From the NCBI RefSeq assembly GCF_006345805.1, contig NC_043006.1:44516001-44580000 (forward strand): a stretch of DNA of 64,000 bases. Direction: 5' to 3'. The DNA comes from Octopus sinensis (lineage: Eukaryota). The stretch's first letter is position 1; every line of letters begins with the position of its first letter. Of the stretch, positions 39,666 through 53,072 are shown piece after piece. The translations under genes and the position numbers were made by a program. Under the pieces are notes generated by a model. That model did no database searches and was not told the origin of the DNA. It saw only the letters and a program-made list of their open reading frames with translations.

Positions 39666-42011
39666 CCATTGTATTTCAACAAAGATATGTTAAAAGTATT
39701 AAGGAAGTGAGCAACACTGCAATTAAAATGTATCTTTTACTTGTTTCAGTTATTAGACTGTGGTCATGCTGGGGCAATGTCTAAAAGAATTTTTAGTCAA
39801 ATGAACCAACTCTTGTACATCATTTTTTCTTAAGCCTGATACTTATTTTATCTATCTCTTTTGCTGAACCGCTAAGCTACGTGGACATAAATACACCAAC
39901 ACTAATTGTCAAGCGGTAGTGGGAGACAAACACACACACATATATATATAAACACACGATGGGCTTCTTTCAGTTTCCGTCTACCAAATCCAGTAACAAA
40001 GTTTTGGTCATGCTGGGGCTATATTAGAAGACACTTGCCCAAGGTGAAACACAGTGGGACTAACCCCAGGACGTATAACTTCCAATTCATCATTTCCGAA
40101 AAAATTTCAAGTACAACCATCCCTATAGATTACATTTGGTTTCCTGACACAGGCTTAAGTTGAAGATAGCAAAAATGAACAGGGTGTGGTCTCAAAGCGA
40201 TGAAAATATTTTGACAAATTAAATTTAAATGTTGAAGTGAATCTAACAGTTTTTGTGCTGCAATTGTTTTCGTTCCAGCACATGATCTCAGATCAGGTCA
40301 TTTGCTATGCAAGTACATCTCCGAAATTTTGGTTTTACTTCTAAAATCTTCAGTATTTATAGAGTTGTGTCCCTTTATTTTAAAACAAATTATTGGACAA
40401 CGCAGCAAAAAAGAAGAAAAAAAAGGAAGAAAAAGCGAAAGGAACAGTAGCCAAAAACAAATAGGTTTTTCTCCCTTTAGCTAACCTGAGCATCAGAAAC
40501 AAAACCATGGGCAGGGAAGAAATTGAGTCTGAAGTTTGCAAAGGAGTGAATGTTGTTAAAGATACCTAAGAATCAACTAGCAATATTACTGTATTTTGAC
40601 GTGTATAAGGAATCCCCTAATTTTGGGGGCTTAAAATTTGGAGAAAAGGTTTTGCAAGATATTATAATACTATTCATGTATAAGAAACCCCCATATTTTT
40701 TTAACCTAATTTTTGACAAAAAGGGTTCCTTATACATGTTAAAATATGGTAATTATTTCTCAGGTCAAAGAAGTGCTGACAAAATTGTTAGCTATGCTTC
40801 TGAGTTCAAATTTCACTGAGGCCAACTTTAACTTTCTTACTTTCATGGGTCGATGGCTGTGCTGCCTGACTGGTCCCATGCAGCTGGCACGTAAAAAGCA
40901 CCATTCAAGCATGATTGTTGCCAGTGCCGCCTGACTGGCGGCATGTAAAAAGCACCATTTGAGCATGGTCAATGCCAGTGCTGGCTGATTGGTCCCATGC
41001 TGGTGGCATGTAAAAAGCACCCACTACACTCTCGGAGTGGCTGGCATTAGGAAGGGCATCCAGCTGTAGAAACATTGCCAGATTGGATTGGAGCCTGGTG
41101 TAGCCTCATGGCTGACCAGCCGTCAAGTCAAACCGTCCAACCCATGCCAGCATGGAAAGTAGACGTTAAACGACGATGATGATGAAGTACTTGTTGAACG
41201 CTAGAGTTGATATAATAAACTGTCCCACTACCCTAGGAATTGCTGATCTTGTGTGAAAATTTGAAAACCGTTTAATGCAGCAAGCTGGCAGAATCTTGTC
41301 GAATAAAGTGCTTAGCAGCATTTCTTCTGGATTTTTATGCTGAGTTCAAATTCTATCAAAGCTGACTTTACTTTTCATCCTTTCAGGGTCAATAAAAGTA
41401 CTGGGGGTTGATGTAATCAACTAAATCTTTCTCCTCAAATTGCTGGATTTCTGCAAAAATTAGTAAGACTTGTTTATTTCCCAGAGCAGATCTATGAACA
41501 AAGGCGTTTCAGCTATGACTACAGCTCAATTCCGATAGAGTAGATCTATGATCAAAGGCGTTTCAGCCATGACCATCACTTTTTTTTTTAAGATGTTGGG
41601 GTAAGATTTGATGGAGATTCAACAGCTATTTCCAACAGGTTCAGCAACCATGTAGACTACCTTCTAATGGCTCACAATGTATGAAGACGGTTAGATAATT
41701 GAATCAGCTCTTAACCCTGTAGTTGGCATCAAACAGGTAGTATATTTGGCCAATTACTTCCGATTCAAAAGCCAGCCTAAGATATTAAGAGTGTTTGTGT
41801 AACGTTCCATCTGCATTTTGCATAAAGATGTCCTTCGTAAGAAAAAGAAATGTTTATAAAAACTGGCAAATAGATGTCATAGTTCAATTAAGCAATAATT
41901 ATAATTTCTAACTTTGACTATCTTATTCACTTCGTTTTTGTATTTGGCTTCAAAGATTCTTGATCTGTATTCGCGTATTGAAACAAATTTTGTTGGGCCT
42001 TGGGAGAATTA

Positions 42012-42209
42012 TTACACCAATAACAATTGCACAGATCAATTTGAATTCTTTATTGTTAATCAATTAGTTAAATATCTAATCAATTAATCGATAGCTTGTG
42101 CAGGTTAAGCAATCAGTCTTTTGTTAACGATCGATTAATTAGATATTTAGCCAAATGACTAACAATAAAGAATTGTAATTGATCTGTGCGTGTATTGTTA
42201 TTGGCGTAA
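42012..42209. repeat. Imperfect foldback palindrome
   Basis: Arms about 42012-42092 and 42130-42209. Confidence 0.8.
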
Positions 42210-44877
42210 TGACTTTCTGAGTTTTTGAAGTCACAACATAAAGGGACAGCACTCTTCTGATTCAGTTGATTTAATGCCCTTGAAGAACAATTGCTTCTAT
42301 CCTAGGTAAAAGGCCTAACATTTTTATGGGAGAGGGTTAGTCAATACCATCAACTCTAGTATTTGGTTGGTACTTTATTTCATCAATTCCAAAAGGATGA
42401 GAGGCAAACTGAACTTGACAGTAATTTAACTCAGAATGAATGGAACAAATACTACAAGACATTTTGTGGGATACGAACAATTCTGCCCTTAAATAATTAT
42501 AAAAATTACTTCTCAGACTAAAAGTCTCGGAGGTGGGTGTAAATCACAGCTGGCACTTTACTGATATTTTGTTTTACTGACCCTGAGGGGATAAAAACGA
42601 AGTCGACTTTGATAGGAATAGAACTTAGAACATAATGATAATATTCTTTTCTACTCTAGGCACAAGGCCCGAAATTTTCAGGGATAGGGGCCAGTCGATT
42701 AGATCGACCTCAGTATGCAACTGGTACTTAATTTATCGACCTCAAAAGGATGAAAGGCATAGCCAACCTTGGCGGAATTTGAACTCAGAATGTAAAGACA
42801 GATGAAATACCGATAAGCATTGCACCTGATAGGCTAACATTTCTGCCAGCTTGCCACAATCACAATATTATTTCAAATTTTGGAATAAGGGCTGCAATTT
42901 TAGAGGAGGACCATGGTTGATTACATCAACCCCAGGGCAGAACAGGTACTTATTTTATCAACTTCAAAATGATGGAAGGCAAAGTCAACTTCAGGGGATT
43001 AGAACTTAGATGAAATGCTGCTAAACATTTTATCTAGTATGCTAACAATTCTGCCAACTCTGAATCCTAAAAAACCCAGCAATTTTAGGATTCAGGGGTT
43101 GGGGTGGGGTAAGTCAATTATACTGACCCCATTGCTCACCTAGTATTTATTTTATTGACCCTGGAAGGATGAAAGACAAAGTCTATCTTATTAGGAGTTA
43201 AACTCAGAACGTAAAGAGCTAGAAGTGATGCCAAGCATTTTACCTAACCTAACATCACTAGCATGGCTGGGAGGCGGGGACGGAACTTTTCATCCTGTTG
43301 TAGGCTATTGCTGTAGACAATGTGTTTTTGGGGCGGTAAACAGGAAGGGCTGCACACACTCTAGCTACGCCAGTGCCTAATATGCTAATGATTCTGGTAG
43401 CTCACTTCCTTAATTTTGGTACACTGTCAGCAATTTTATGAGGAGGTCATTACATCGAACCCAGTGGTGGACTGGTACGAAAGGATGAAAGGTGAAGTTG
43501 ACTGCAACAAGATTTGAACTCAGAACGCAATAACTTCTAATGCGAGCACAAAATCACAAACTTAGAATGGACATCAGTACTACCAAAGTTACAAAACATT
43601 AATACTTGTCAATAGACGCGCGTACTTTTAACATAGTTCTCAGGAAAATTTAGCATGACACAATGTGACAAGGCTGACTCTTTAAATTACACATACAACT
43701 AATTTTTGCCAGCTGAGTGGACAGGGGCAATGTGAAAAAGGGTCTTGTTCAAGGACCACACATTATCAGGAATTGAACTCACAACCTCACAACTATGAGT
43801 TGAATAATGTAACCACTAAGCTAAGCACTCTCACAATAATAACAGCTAATACGAAGATAACTAAATATCTTGATGTGCTACTTCCTGCCGGATTGTGCCT
43901 GAGGGTTTAGCTCAAGAGTGAACTCCATGATCAAAGCCATTCCAGCTGTGATCATCCAGTCTTTCTAAGAGTATCTAGGACTATATAATGAAATGTCACC
44001 TTTGCTTACTTAAAATGGTAGTATATGATGTGTGATCTGAGGAAGATTTGGTTATTATTTCTAGCTTCCTCTGCCACTGTTTGTTTGAGGGTATAGGTGG
44101 AACTGATTCTTTAAAGGTGTCTTGCCACCAGTTGGCAGGAGCTCGACTCAGTGAGTAGTGTTGCCTCAAGAGGCTACCCTATTTCCTAATATTCTCACCT
44201 GCACTCATTGACTTCCAGATGAGATAGTTATGTGGATCAAAGTAAATAGTTAACAGCAATCAATAAGCTGTAATTTCTGCCTCCTTTCTTCTCCAGCAAA
44301 GGTCACAGGCATGACCCATTGTCCTTTGACTAAATTATAAAATTAAATAAAAGCCTTTTATTAAGTGGGGCTTGAAGGTAAAAAAGAGCAGAATTAATAA
44401 ACTTTTAACAATTCAACATTTTGATTGGACTCTTTTACTATTCCACCAACCCTTTGAAGATAGACTGGCTACTTTTGAGGTTGGTATCATTAAAATTACT
44501 GTATATGATGGCAAATAAGACTCCCCCCCCGCAAGAAAATGTCAAAAAAAAACTACCCTGGGTCCTATATACGATGTTGAGACTACCATAAACTTTAATG
44601 CATAAAACTTTTGGCGGAGGTAAAAAAAAAAAAATACGCACACCACCTGTTTTCGGCGTAACAAAAACCCTAAACACCGGGTGTGCGCTTTATTTACTTT
44701 CGCCAAATTTTTTCCCTCCTGAATATGCGCTACTGAAATTGGGATGCTCTTATATGCCCGAGTGTCTTTTATGCCATCAAATACACAAACATTAAACTCA
44801 ACACTAAACAACTGTTAATAATCAGTGCTTCATTCAAGAAAAACGGTGTGTACATAGAAACTACAATAACTTTTGAC

Positions 44878-46512
44878 TTAACGTTTTGTCTTTGCTAACT
44901 TCTCTTTGCGTTTTTTCACATGCTTTGGGATTTTTTGACTTCTTGACTTTTGTTTAGCTTCTTTCACTAATTTTTTACGGTTCTTGCGACTATTGGGTGA
45001 CTCGTTCCTGGCTCTATGGTGAATATTTCCTTCAACGTTCTTACCACTGTCTTCGTTTTCATCATCACTATCTTGTCCGCTATCATCTGTTTGGTCAGAG
45101 TTTTCTGCAGACTCCTCTGCAGAACCAGTTTCATCATTTTGTTTCTCAAGTAATAATGGTTCTTTTTGTGGTCCGCTTAAATCTGGTTTTTGACCAACAA
45201 CTGTCTGATAGTACACCTGTTCTGTATCTCCTTTCTTAGCATTTAAAATATCGCGTTCAAAATTAACAACTTCATCAAGATTTCTTGGGATAAAAATCTT
45301 CTTAAACACTTCCTCGTCTACTTTGTCTTGTTGCGTAATTTCTTCCAAAGTTCTCCCAGCAGTAATGGTCATAGCCTTATCTAGATAATCGTCCACGTTC
45401 GTGTCTGTTATAGAAGAATCAGTGACAAAATCGAATAGTTCCTTCACAGTTAAACCACAAACAGAATGTTTACGGAAAAAGTCCGTCACATTTGTACAGT
45501 CTTTACGCAAGAAAAACAATGCGTTAGGGTGGTCGTGTTCGACCGATTGAGAAACATCGATCAAATAGATTTTCCCTTCGTGAAACAACATGTTGAATTC
45601 ACTTAGATCAGCGTGAACTAACCGACATTCATGATACAATGTTCTCATCATTAAAATACAATCAAGATACAACTCACGAGCTTTTGATTCTGTTAAGACA
45701 GCTTCGTGTAGCAAAGGTGCTGGCCAGCCGTCTTTTCCGATAAACTCCATTAAGAAAACATGACTTCGTAACAGAATAGGTTTCGGACACAAAATACCAG
45801 ACTGATGTATTCTTTGGAGATTTCGCATTTCTTTCTCAGCCCACGTTTTGACCATCTTTCTGGGATTCCGTTTGCAATATCCATGTCGAAATCTATATTC
45901 ACCCGAGACGTATTTGTCTCGATCTTTAAAGACCAAAATCGAAGTTTTGTAAATTTTTACAGCGATATCAAAATCATCTTTTCCGGTGGCATGGTAAACA
46001 TTGGCCTCCTTGCCAGTGCTAATACAACCGTTGATATTATATATTACACCACGACCTAGTAATTTAAAAATTATCATCCGAGTCCGTGGATCAAGAGCTT
46101 GTTCTGAAGTGGCTCGCTCAGACTTGTCTTTTCCTCGAAGGCGTTCCGCTTCGGCTTTCCTTTCCGATTTACTAAAAAAACAATTAGATGGACCTTCGTA
46201 TTTCGTGGTTTTCATCTTCAAATCAAGAACATTTTTGAGAACTTTGTCAAGAGGCTGATAAGACTCCTTCGTATTTTTACTCTGTGACGCTGTTTGATGT
46301 GAATTCGTTGGTCCGCCTGACATGGCAGTGTTATATCTCTTCGTGAAATTTCCAGACATGTTGGTCCATTCAAAACTCAGATCATCGTCGTAATCATCTG
46401 AAGACTCTTCATTTTCTTCACTTGAAGAACTGCTGTAAACTTCCTTTTCGAATTTTTCTTGTAGAATAGGCTCTGATGTATCATCTACGGCGTCGTCGAA
46501 CTGTCCATCCAT
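44878..46512 (-). CDS. RIOK1: Serine/threonine-protein kinase RIO1, single exon, 544 aa from MDGQFDD
   Basis: RIO motifs [39 protein letters not shown]; acidic then Lys-rich C-terminus; start in caacATGg context; no stops or introns. Confidence 0.95.
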   Translation of the reverse strand: MDGQFDDAVDDTSEPILQEKFEKEVYSSSSSEENEESSDDYDDDLSFEWTNMSGNFTKRYNTAMSGGPTNSHQTASQSKNTKESYQPLDKVLKNVLDLKMKTTKYEGPSNCFFSKSERKAEAERLRGKDKSERATSEQALDPRTRMIIFKLLGRGVIYNINGCISTGKEANVYHATGKDDFDIAVKIYKTSILVFKDRDKYVSGEYRFRHGYCKRNPRKMVKTWAEKEMRNLQRIHQSGILCPKPILLRSHVFLMEFIGKDGWPAPLLHEAVLTESKARELYLDCILMMRTLYHECRLVHADLSEFNMLFHEGKIYLIDVSQSVEHDHPNALFFLRKDCTNVTDFFRKHSVCGLTVKELFDFVTDSSITDTNVDDYLDKAMTITAGRTLEEITQQDKVDEEVFKKIFIPRNLDEVVNFERDILNAKKGDTEQVYYQTVVGQKPDLSGPQKEPLLLEKQNDETGSAEESAENSDQTDDSGQDSDDENEDSGKNVEGNIHHRARNESPNSRKNRKKLVKEAKQKSRSQKIPKHVKKRKEKLAKTKR

Positions 46513-47284
46513 GTTGTCGGATAACAGAAATAAAATCAAAAGTTTACCACAACTTGTCGCAACTGGCAGGTTCTGGCCATGTATAAATGGACTTCTGGGT
46601 AATTTTATAAAACAAAATAAATAGTTTCATAAGAAACTATTTTGATAGTGTTTAGAGTGAAAAAGTTTCATACATAAAATATAATTTACTTTTTCATTCA
46701 TAATTATCCTATGTGATACTTTATTAATAGACACAAACCACGAGGGAATAGTTACGAAGTTATAAATATGCACAGCGCTGGAACCGGTGTCAATGTAAAT
46801 TATGTACACGTGCTAGAAAAAATTACACTAATGACTAAGGATTAGTGCTTGTAAATTAGCTAACGTTTTTCATTTGGTTAAGATTTATCAATGAGAGATT
46901 GTGTGTGTGTGTGTGTGTGTGTGAACTCCGGCTGTTTCGGCGGTTAGTATTGTTCGATCAACGGAAATACTTGCTCCTGAATCAACGTGTGAACGGCTGA
47001 GCATTTGATAGGCATGTACGCTCTTAACGTAAATCTCCAGGCAGATTCAGCGTAACACAGTGTAGTGTGTACATGCTTCATTTTAATTGATGCCACTGTA
47101 GTTAAATATTAACGCAGTTCACTTTGTAACTACGTTGTTTCATGTTCATCCCCCACTATGCGGCATCTTAGGTGTCGACTACTATAGCCCCTGGTCGACA
47201 AATGCCTTGTTAGTAAATTTGGTAGATAGAAACTGTGTGGAAGCCCGCCACATACATACATATATGCATACACACACAAACATT

Positions 47285-47536
47285 GGGTCTTTTCCTTTTG
47301 AACGGTAGTTTTCAACACAATTTCTAGTTAACTAAACACTTTTAAACTTCGTATACTGGTAAAATGTGTTTATAAAACATCATTTTTTCTTGGCTTTATT
47401 GAGAAAATTCTATATGTTGTAACATATTTCGACTTTAATTTCGAGCATTTCGGCAATTTTAACCAATCAAATACGTCCATAGTGTTAGTTAACTAGAAAT
47501 TGTGTTGAAAACTGCCGTTCAAAAGGAAAAGATCCC
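47285..47536. mobile_element. MITE with ~55-bp TIRs starting GGG and a 7-bp flanking duplication
   Basis: gggtctttccttttgaacgg... and ...ccgttcaaaaggaaaagatccc; aaacatt on both flanks. Confidence 0.8.
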
Positions 47537-48719
47537 AAACATTAACTAAAGATTCATTACATTTGATCTTATTTGTTTGTGTGCGTCTTCGTGTCTATGT
47601 TTGACCTCTCACACACGGCACTTGTCAATTAGTGTTGGTTTAAGTCCCCAGAAACCAGCGGTTTGACGAAACGGACCAATAGAACGAGTACTAGACTTAA
47701 AAAAAAAAAAAGGTGGGTAGGGTTAATTTGTTTGAGTAAAATCTTTCAAGGCAGTGCCTCAGCTGGACCACAGTCCAGTAACTGAAACAAGGATAAAAGA
47801 TATATATGCACATATATATTACACACATACATATATATATGCTTTGCCTAGGGGCCTCAACTTGATGGTGTTGTAGGGATGTCTTCATGACATGTCTTTA
47901 GCAGTTTTAAACCTTGTTGAGGCAGCAGAAGAGAAAACAAGAAGACTAGCGGAATGTGTAGCGAAATGTCATGTTGTTGTGTACGTTGTCGTGTGCAACA
48001 GATGAAGATAGGCGTGTTGGACCGACATCAAAGGAAAACACGACAAAGAACAGGAATGCCGTTTTCATAATTTATTTGGTTAACAGTTGCATTTACGTGT
48101 TGGATACAGAAAGTTTGATTTGAAAAAAAAAAAACGGACAAATATGCTGCTACATGAAGTTACCAACTTCTTCGAGTCGGCGAAGTGAAAACAGAGGAAA
48201 GAGAATGTTTATGTGACGAGATAGTATAAGACATCTTATGTGTCTGTGTTTGTCATTTGGTTGGGTTGTGCTGTTTTTCTGTCTCGTCTGTCCGTGATAT
48301 GCAACTGCTACGGTATTGTGTCTACGGTCACTGCTTGCCCATCTCTAGCTATGTGTCTAACTGGTCACTGCTTGCTGATAACTGGTGTGTGTGTGTACAG
48401 AATTCGGTTTTTATAATGACCAACCTAGCTAGAAGGATGGGTACCTTTTTGGTTATCTCACCCCCATTAAAAAATTGGGTTATCTCGCCACTTTTTATGA
48501 GAAATATCGGTACTTTTGGTTATCTCCTTCAACAAAAAAAATTGTTTAACCCTCAATAAAAAAAAAAGAAAAAAGTTAATGAACATGGAAAGGGAAAAGA
48601 TGAAACCTCTTATTGAATCTGATAATATTTTTATAACAAATCACACAAAACTGTAAAGAATTAACGAGAGCTGAAAAAAATTAAACGTCTTACTGAATCT
48701 TTTTATTTTTTTTATTTTA

Positions 48720-49100
48720 TTCTTTTACTTGTTTCAGTCATTTGACTGCGGCCATGCTGGAGCACCGTCTTTAGTCGAGCAAATCGTCCCCAGAGCTTAT
48801 TCTTTGTAAGCCTAGTACTTATTCTATCGGTCTCTTTTGCCGAACCGCCAACTTACAGGGACATAAACACACCAGCATCGGTTGTCAAACGATGTGGGAA
48901 CAAAGACAGACACAAACACACACACGCACACATACATATATATACATATATGACGGGCTTCTTCTAGTTTCCAATTACCAAATCCACTTACAAGGATTTG
49001 GTCGGCCTGAGACTATAGTAGAAGACACTTGCCCAAGGTGCCATGCAGTGGGACTGAACCCTGTCATTCGTAAGCAAGATACTTACCACACAGCCACTCG
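48720..49100 (-). mobile_element. SINE family A
   Basis: Reverse-complement full-length match. Confidence 0.85.
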
Positions 49101-50571
49101 TACGCCTAATTATCTGTTACTCTCCATTCACCCTCTTATGAAAGTATTCACTCTCTCATCCCTTCTCATGACCCACTGTCTGTGTTTTCTCTTATGCTCA
49201 CCCTTTTGTACCTTGAGAATTTGCCCCATCACTAACTTCCTTTTATCTAGCCTCCATTTTTTCCTCCAGCCATGCATCTCCTCTGCAACAAGACACCTGT
49301 ATAATACTGCTATTATACTTTAGCCTTTCAATACCTGGCGAAAGCCATCCTCCTCCACCTTCACCTTCACCTCCCAAATACTCCTGTTTATGAGTGGGAT
49401 CTGTTTCTTTTTTTCCCTGTTATTTTTCTGCCTTGTAAATTTCTGTCTCACTAGTGCCAGTGGCATGAAAAATCCCCGCTGTAAAGTGGTTGGCATTAGG
49501 AAGAGCATCCAGCTACAGAGACTCTGCCAAAGCAGACATTGGAGAGATTAATGTGGCCTTGCAGCTCACTAAATCTTATCAAATCCTCCAACCCATACTA
49601 GTATGAAAAACAGATGTTAAATGACGATTATGACGATGATGTATGTATGTATAGTTAATCCAAACATGAAAACACAAAGAGAAAACGCGAGGACGTGGAA
49701 CAAGTATAGTGTTATTGGATGCTCAGGAAAGGAAAGAAAGAAGGATGATTTAACGTTTCGAGCGTTAACATAGAAACATAGAAAAGGGAAAGATCCAAAG
49801 AAGGGAAGACGGAGGAAAAAAATCGCCAACGATACACACATGGTCACATATTGAATGTATGTATGTATGTAAGGTCAATTTTAGTGCTACTAGTAACATG
49901 TAACCCAATACATTATGTTGCATGGTTGAGCTATCAGCAACTAAATTGACAATTCTACTAAACCTTCTTGGTAAGGAGGATGGTTTTCATTAGATATCCT
50001 GCAAAACGAGAAACAAGACCTGTTAAAGGGCAGATGAACTCAATGGCCATCTAACAACTGGTCTTTGTTTGGACAAAAGATTCTCAAGTAACACTTGTGA
50101 CTTTGTTTGCATCCAATGATGTCAACTAGTTTTCTCTTTGGGGCAAATACGTATAGTGTTTAAAGAATGGGATTGTCCTGAGCAAGGCCTTCCGTCACTT
50201 TAAAACACTACAAGCATAGACATCATGTGATTTTTAACATCTCTATTATATGTTGCGTACTATGGCTGGCCATAGGCAAGAAAGGCAAAACACTCAGTAA
50301 AAAATTCCATGATGGAATGAAAATATGTAGGAGGTAAGATCTCTGAATGCCTGAAGCAAGAAGCATCCCCCATTGCCACATCTAAAGAGTTAGGCCCCTT
50401 GCAGGATTGAACAGCCATATCTCTCCTGCCTGTGTCTACAAGAACCATAAAGTGATGGCATTGTTTAAAATCAAGCTGCAGCTATCATGTATGCATGTGT
50501 GTGTGCATGTAAGGTATAGATATGGTATGTATGCATATGGGTATACATGCGTGTGTGTGTATACACACATA

Positions 50572-51428
50572 CCGGGTGTGATGGGTAAACTGTCGCCATT
50601 TTATATTTTTAATTTTACACATATGCATTGTTTTTGATTTTGTCAACTACACACTATAGTAGGGTTAGTTGGGCACCACCTGTGAGAAAAACAGTACCAT
50701 GATGCAATTCACTCTGCCAGAAATTTGGAAATGACATGCTGTACTGCTTGGCATTCACACCAGAAGCTCCAGTGTGAGCATTTCAGCGTGTCTGGGTGTC
50801 AATCTGAAGACATGTACTAAGAGTGATAAAAATCAAACATCTGGTCAACACCATGGTGTTTGGAGTAATTACTAGTGATGGCGACATTATGCCTCCATCT
50901 TCCCATACAGCCGCAGACTTAACACAGAGGCCTACATAAGGTGCCTGAAAGAGGTAGTGCTGTCCTGGGTCAAGAGGGTCACTGCTGGAAGACCCTAATG
51001 TCTGGCAACAGGACTCTGCATCATGCTACATAAGCAAGGGAACCCAGTCATGGCTGTCAGGCAATTTCTGCAACCACATCACCCCTAACATTTGGTTATA
51101 TAATACCCTGGACTGCAACCTCTTGATTATTATGTGTGGGGCACAGTTGAACGAGAGACCAACAAAACTCCTTGTAACACCAAAGATGAACTGAAGGCAA
51201 GGATTATGACAGCATTCACCAACTTAAATAAATAAGGAGACTGTCAAGAAGAGCTGCAGGAGATTCCAAAGTCGTCTGGAGGCTGTGGTTGAAGCCAATG
51301 GCGATTTTATTGAATAAATTTACTCTTTAGTATTTCAAGGTATTTTTATGTATTTTTGGTTAAAATGAGATGTCAGTGTTAGTTTCATTTTTGTGTAATT
51401 TAGACAACAGTCTATTTACCACACCTTG
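50572..51428 (+). mobile_element. Tc1/maT-like deletion derivative, same family as 432-1243
   Basis: TA-flanked ends; same fused transposase junction. Confidence 0.85.
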
Positions 51429-51728
51429 TATATATATATTATCCCAAATGTACAGTATTATATATCCATCATAGCTGATCTTACCAACTGGTTTTGCACT
51501 AGTGGTACAACAGAGTGTTAGGTAACAATCCAATTATATAATCCTATGCTCATCAGAGGTAGCCGATATGGAATTAAATATGGTGCCATATTTCATAGCA
51601 TGAAACCAATTGGCAAGATCAGCCATGATGGATATATACCTACTCTATTGACAGATATACTAGTGCATCTTTTTCTTGACTTATGGACTTTTAGATGCTT
51701 TCTTTATATATATATATATATATATATA

Positions 51729-52038
51729 TATTACTGGTGAAGGCCTGTTTATAGGGTTACTCTGGATTTCTTGCCATAAATAGTATCTTTATGCTGTATC
51801 ACCAGACCTTAATGCTTGTTGGCCTATGGCCTCTTTAAAATATGGAGGGGGAAACCAACCTGATATAGACAATGGGGTTATCTCCCTCTTCTGGTGGTCA
51901 TCAGCTTTGTATCCAGTTTGTTTCCATCTCCATACGTTAAAGAGGCCATAGGTCAACAAGCCTGGTGATACACCATAAAGATACTCTTTATGGTGAGAAA
52001 CCCAGGGTAACCTTATAAACAGGCCTTCACCCGTAATA
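51729..52038. repeat. ~310-bp foldback element
   Basis: Arms about 51729-51848 and 51927-52038. Confidence 0.85.
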
Positions 52039-52089
52039 AATACAGACTGCTCTACTTCTTAGAGTCTGCTTCTCTGTTTTTATGTTTTT

Positions 52090-52485
52090 CTGCAGGAGTG
52101 GCTGTGTGGTAAGTAGCTTGCTTACCAACCACATGGTTCTGGGTTCAGTCCCATTGCGTGGCACCTTGGGCAAGTGTCTTCTATTATAGCCTTGGGCCGA
52201 CCAAAGCCTTATGAATGGATTTGGTAGATGGAAACTGAAAGAAGCCCGTTGTATATATATATATATGTATGTATGTATATGTTTGTGTGTCTGTGTTTGT
52301 GCCCCCAACATCACTTGACAACCGATGCTGGTGTGTTTACGTCCCCGTCACTTAGTGGTTCGGCAAGGGAGACCGATAGAATAAGTACTAGGCTTACAAA
52401 AAATAAGCCCTGGGGTCGATTTGCTCGACTAAAGGTGGTGCTCTAGCATGGCCGCAGTCAAATGACTGAAACAAATAAAAGAATA
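52090..52485 (+). mobile_element. SINE family A
   Basis: Full-length match. Confidence 0.85.
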
Positions 52486-52494
52486 ATATATATA

Positions 52495-53014
52495 TACTAG
52501 CAGTATCGCCCGGCGTTGCTCGGGTTTGTAAGGGAAATAACTATATAAGCATTTTTAGAGAGTTATAGCAAAAAAGTGCATTAAAAATGGAATAAAAAAT
52601 GGTGGTAATTTTTTTTTTAAATCGTTGACTCTGTGTCTTCAAGCCATGAAGTCGTTGTTCTAAAAGAACGCTGGTCTCCTTGACAACGCTTTACGACGTT
52701 GATTTCCTTAAACTCCCTTCCCCACAGCTTCACGAGCGAAGGAAGAAGGGGGAGAAGCAAACACAGGTGCAGGTGTTTGAGCGTGGACGCCAACTCTGCC
52801 GCCATCGACACACGAAAAATTATGCATTAAAATGGAATAAAAAATGATTTTAAATTATTTTTAAAATCGTAGACTCATCGTAGACGCGCTAATAGCCAGA
52901 CGGGCTCGATATGAATCACGACTATAAGATACCCGAATTTGGTTAAACTGCATCGCAAAATGTGGGAGGAGTTAGGAATCTAAATAGTAGGAGACAGACA
53001 CTCACACAACTACA

Positions 53015-53018
<4 letters not shown>
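52495..53018 (+). mobile_element. Non-autonomous Helitron-like element
   Basis: tactagcagtatcgcccggcgttgctcggg start with a short palindrome; internal duplicated block; gacagac near the 3' end; sits in (TA)n. Confidence 0.55.
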
Positions 53019-53072
<54 letters not shown>

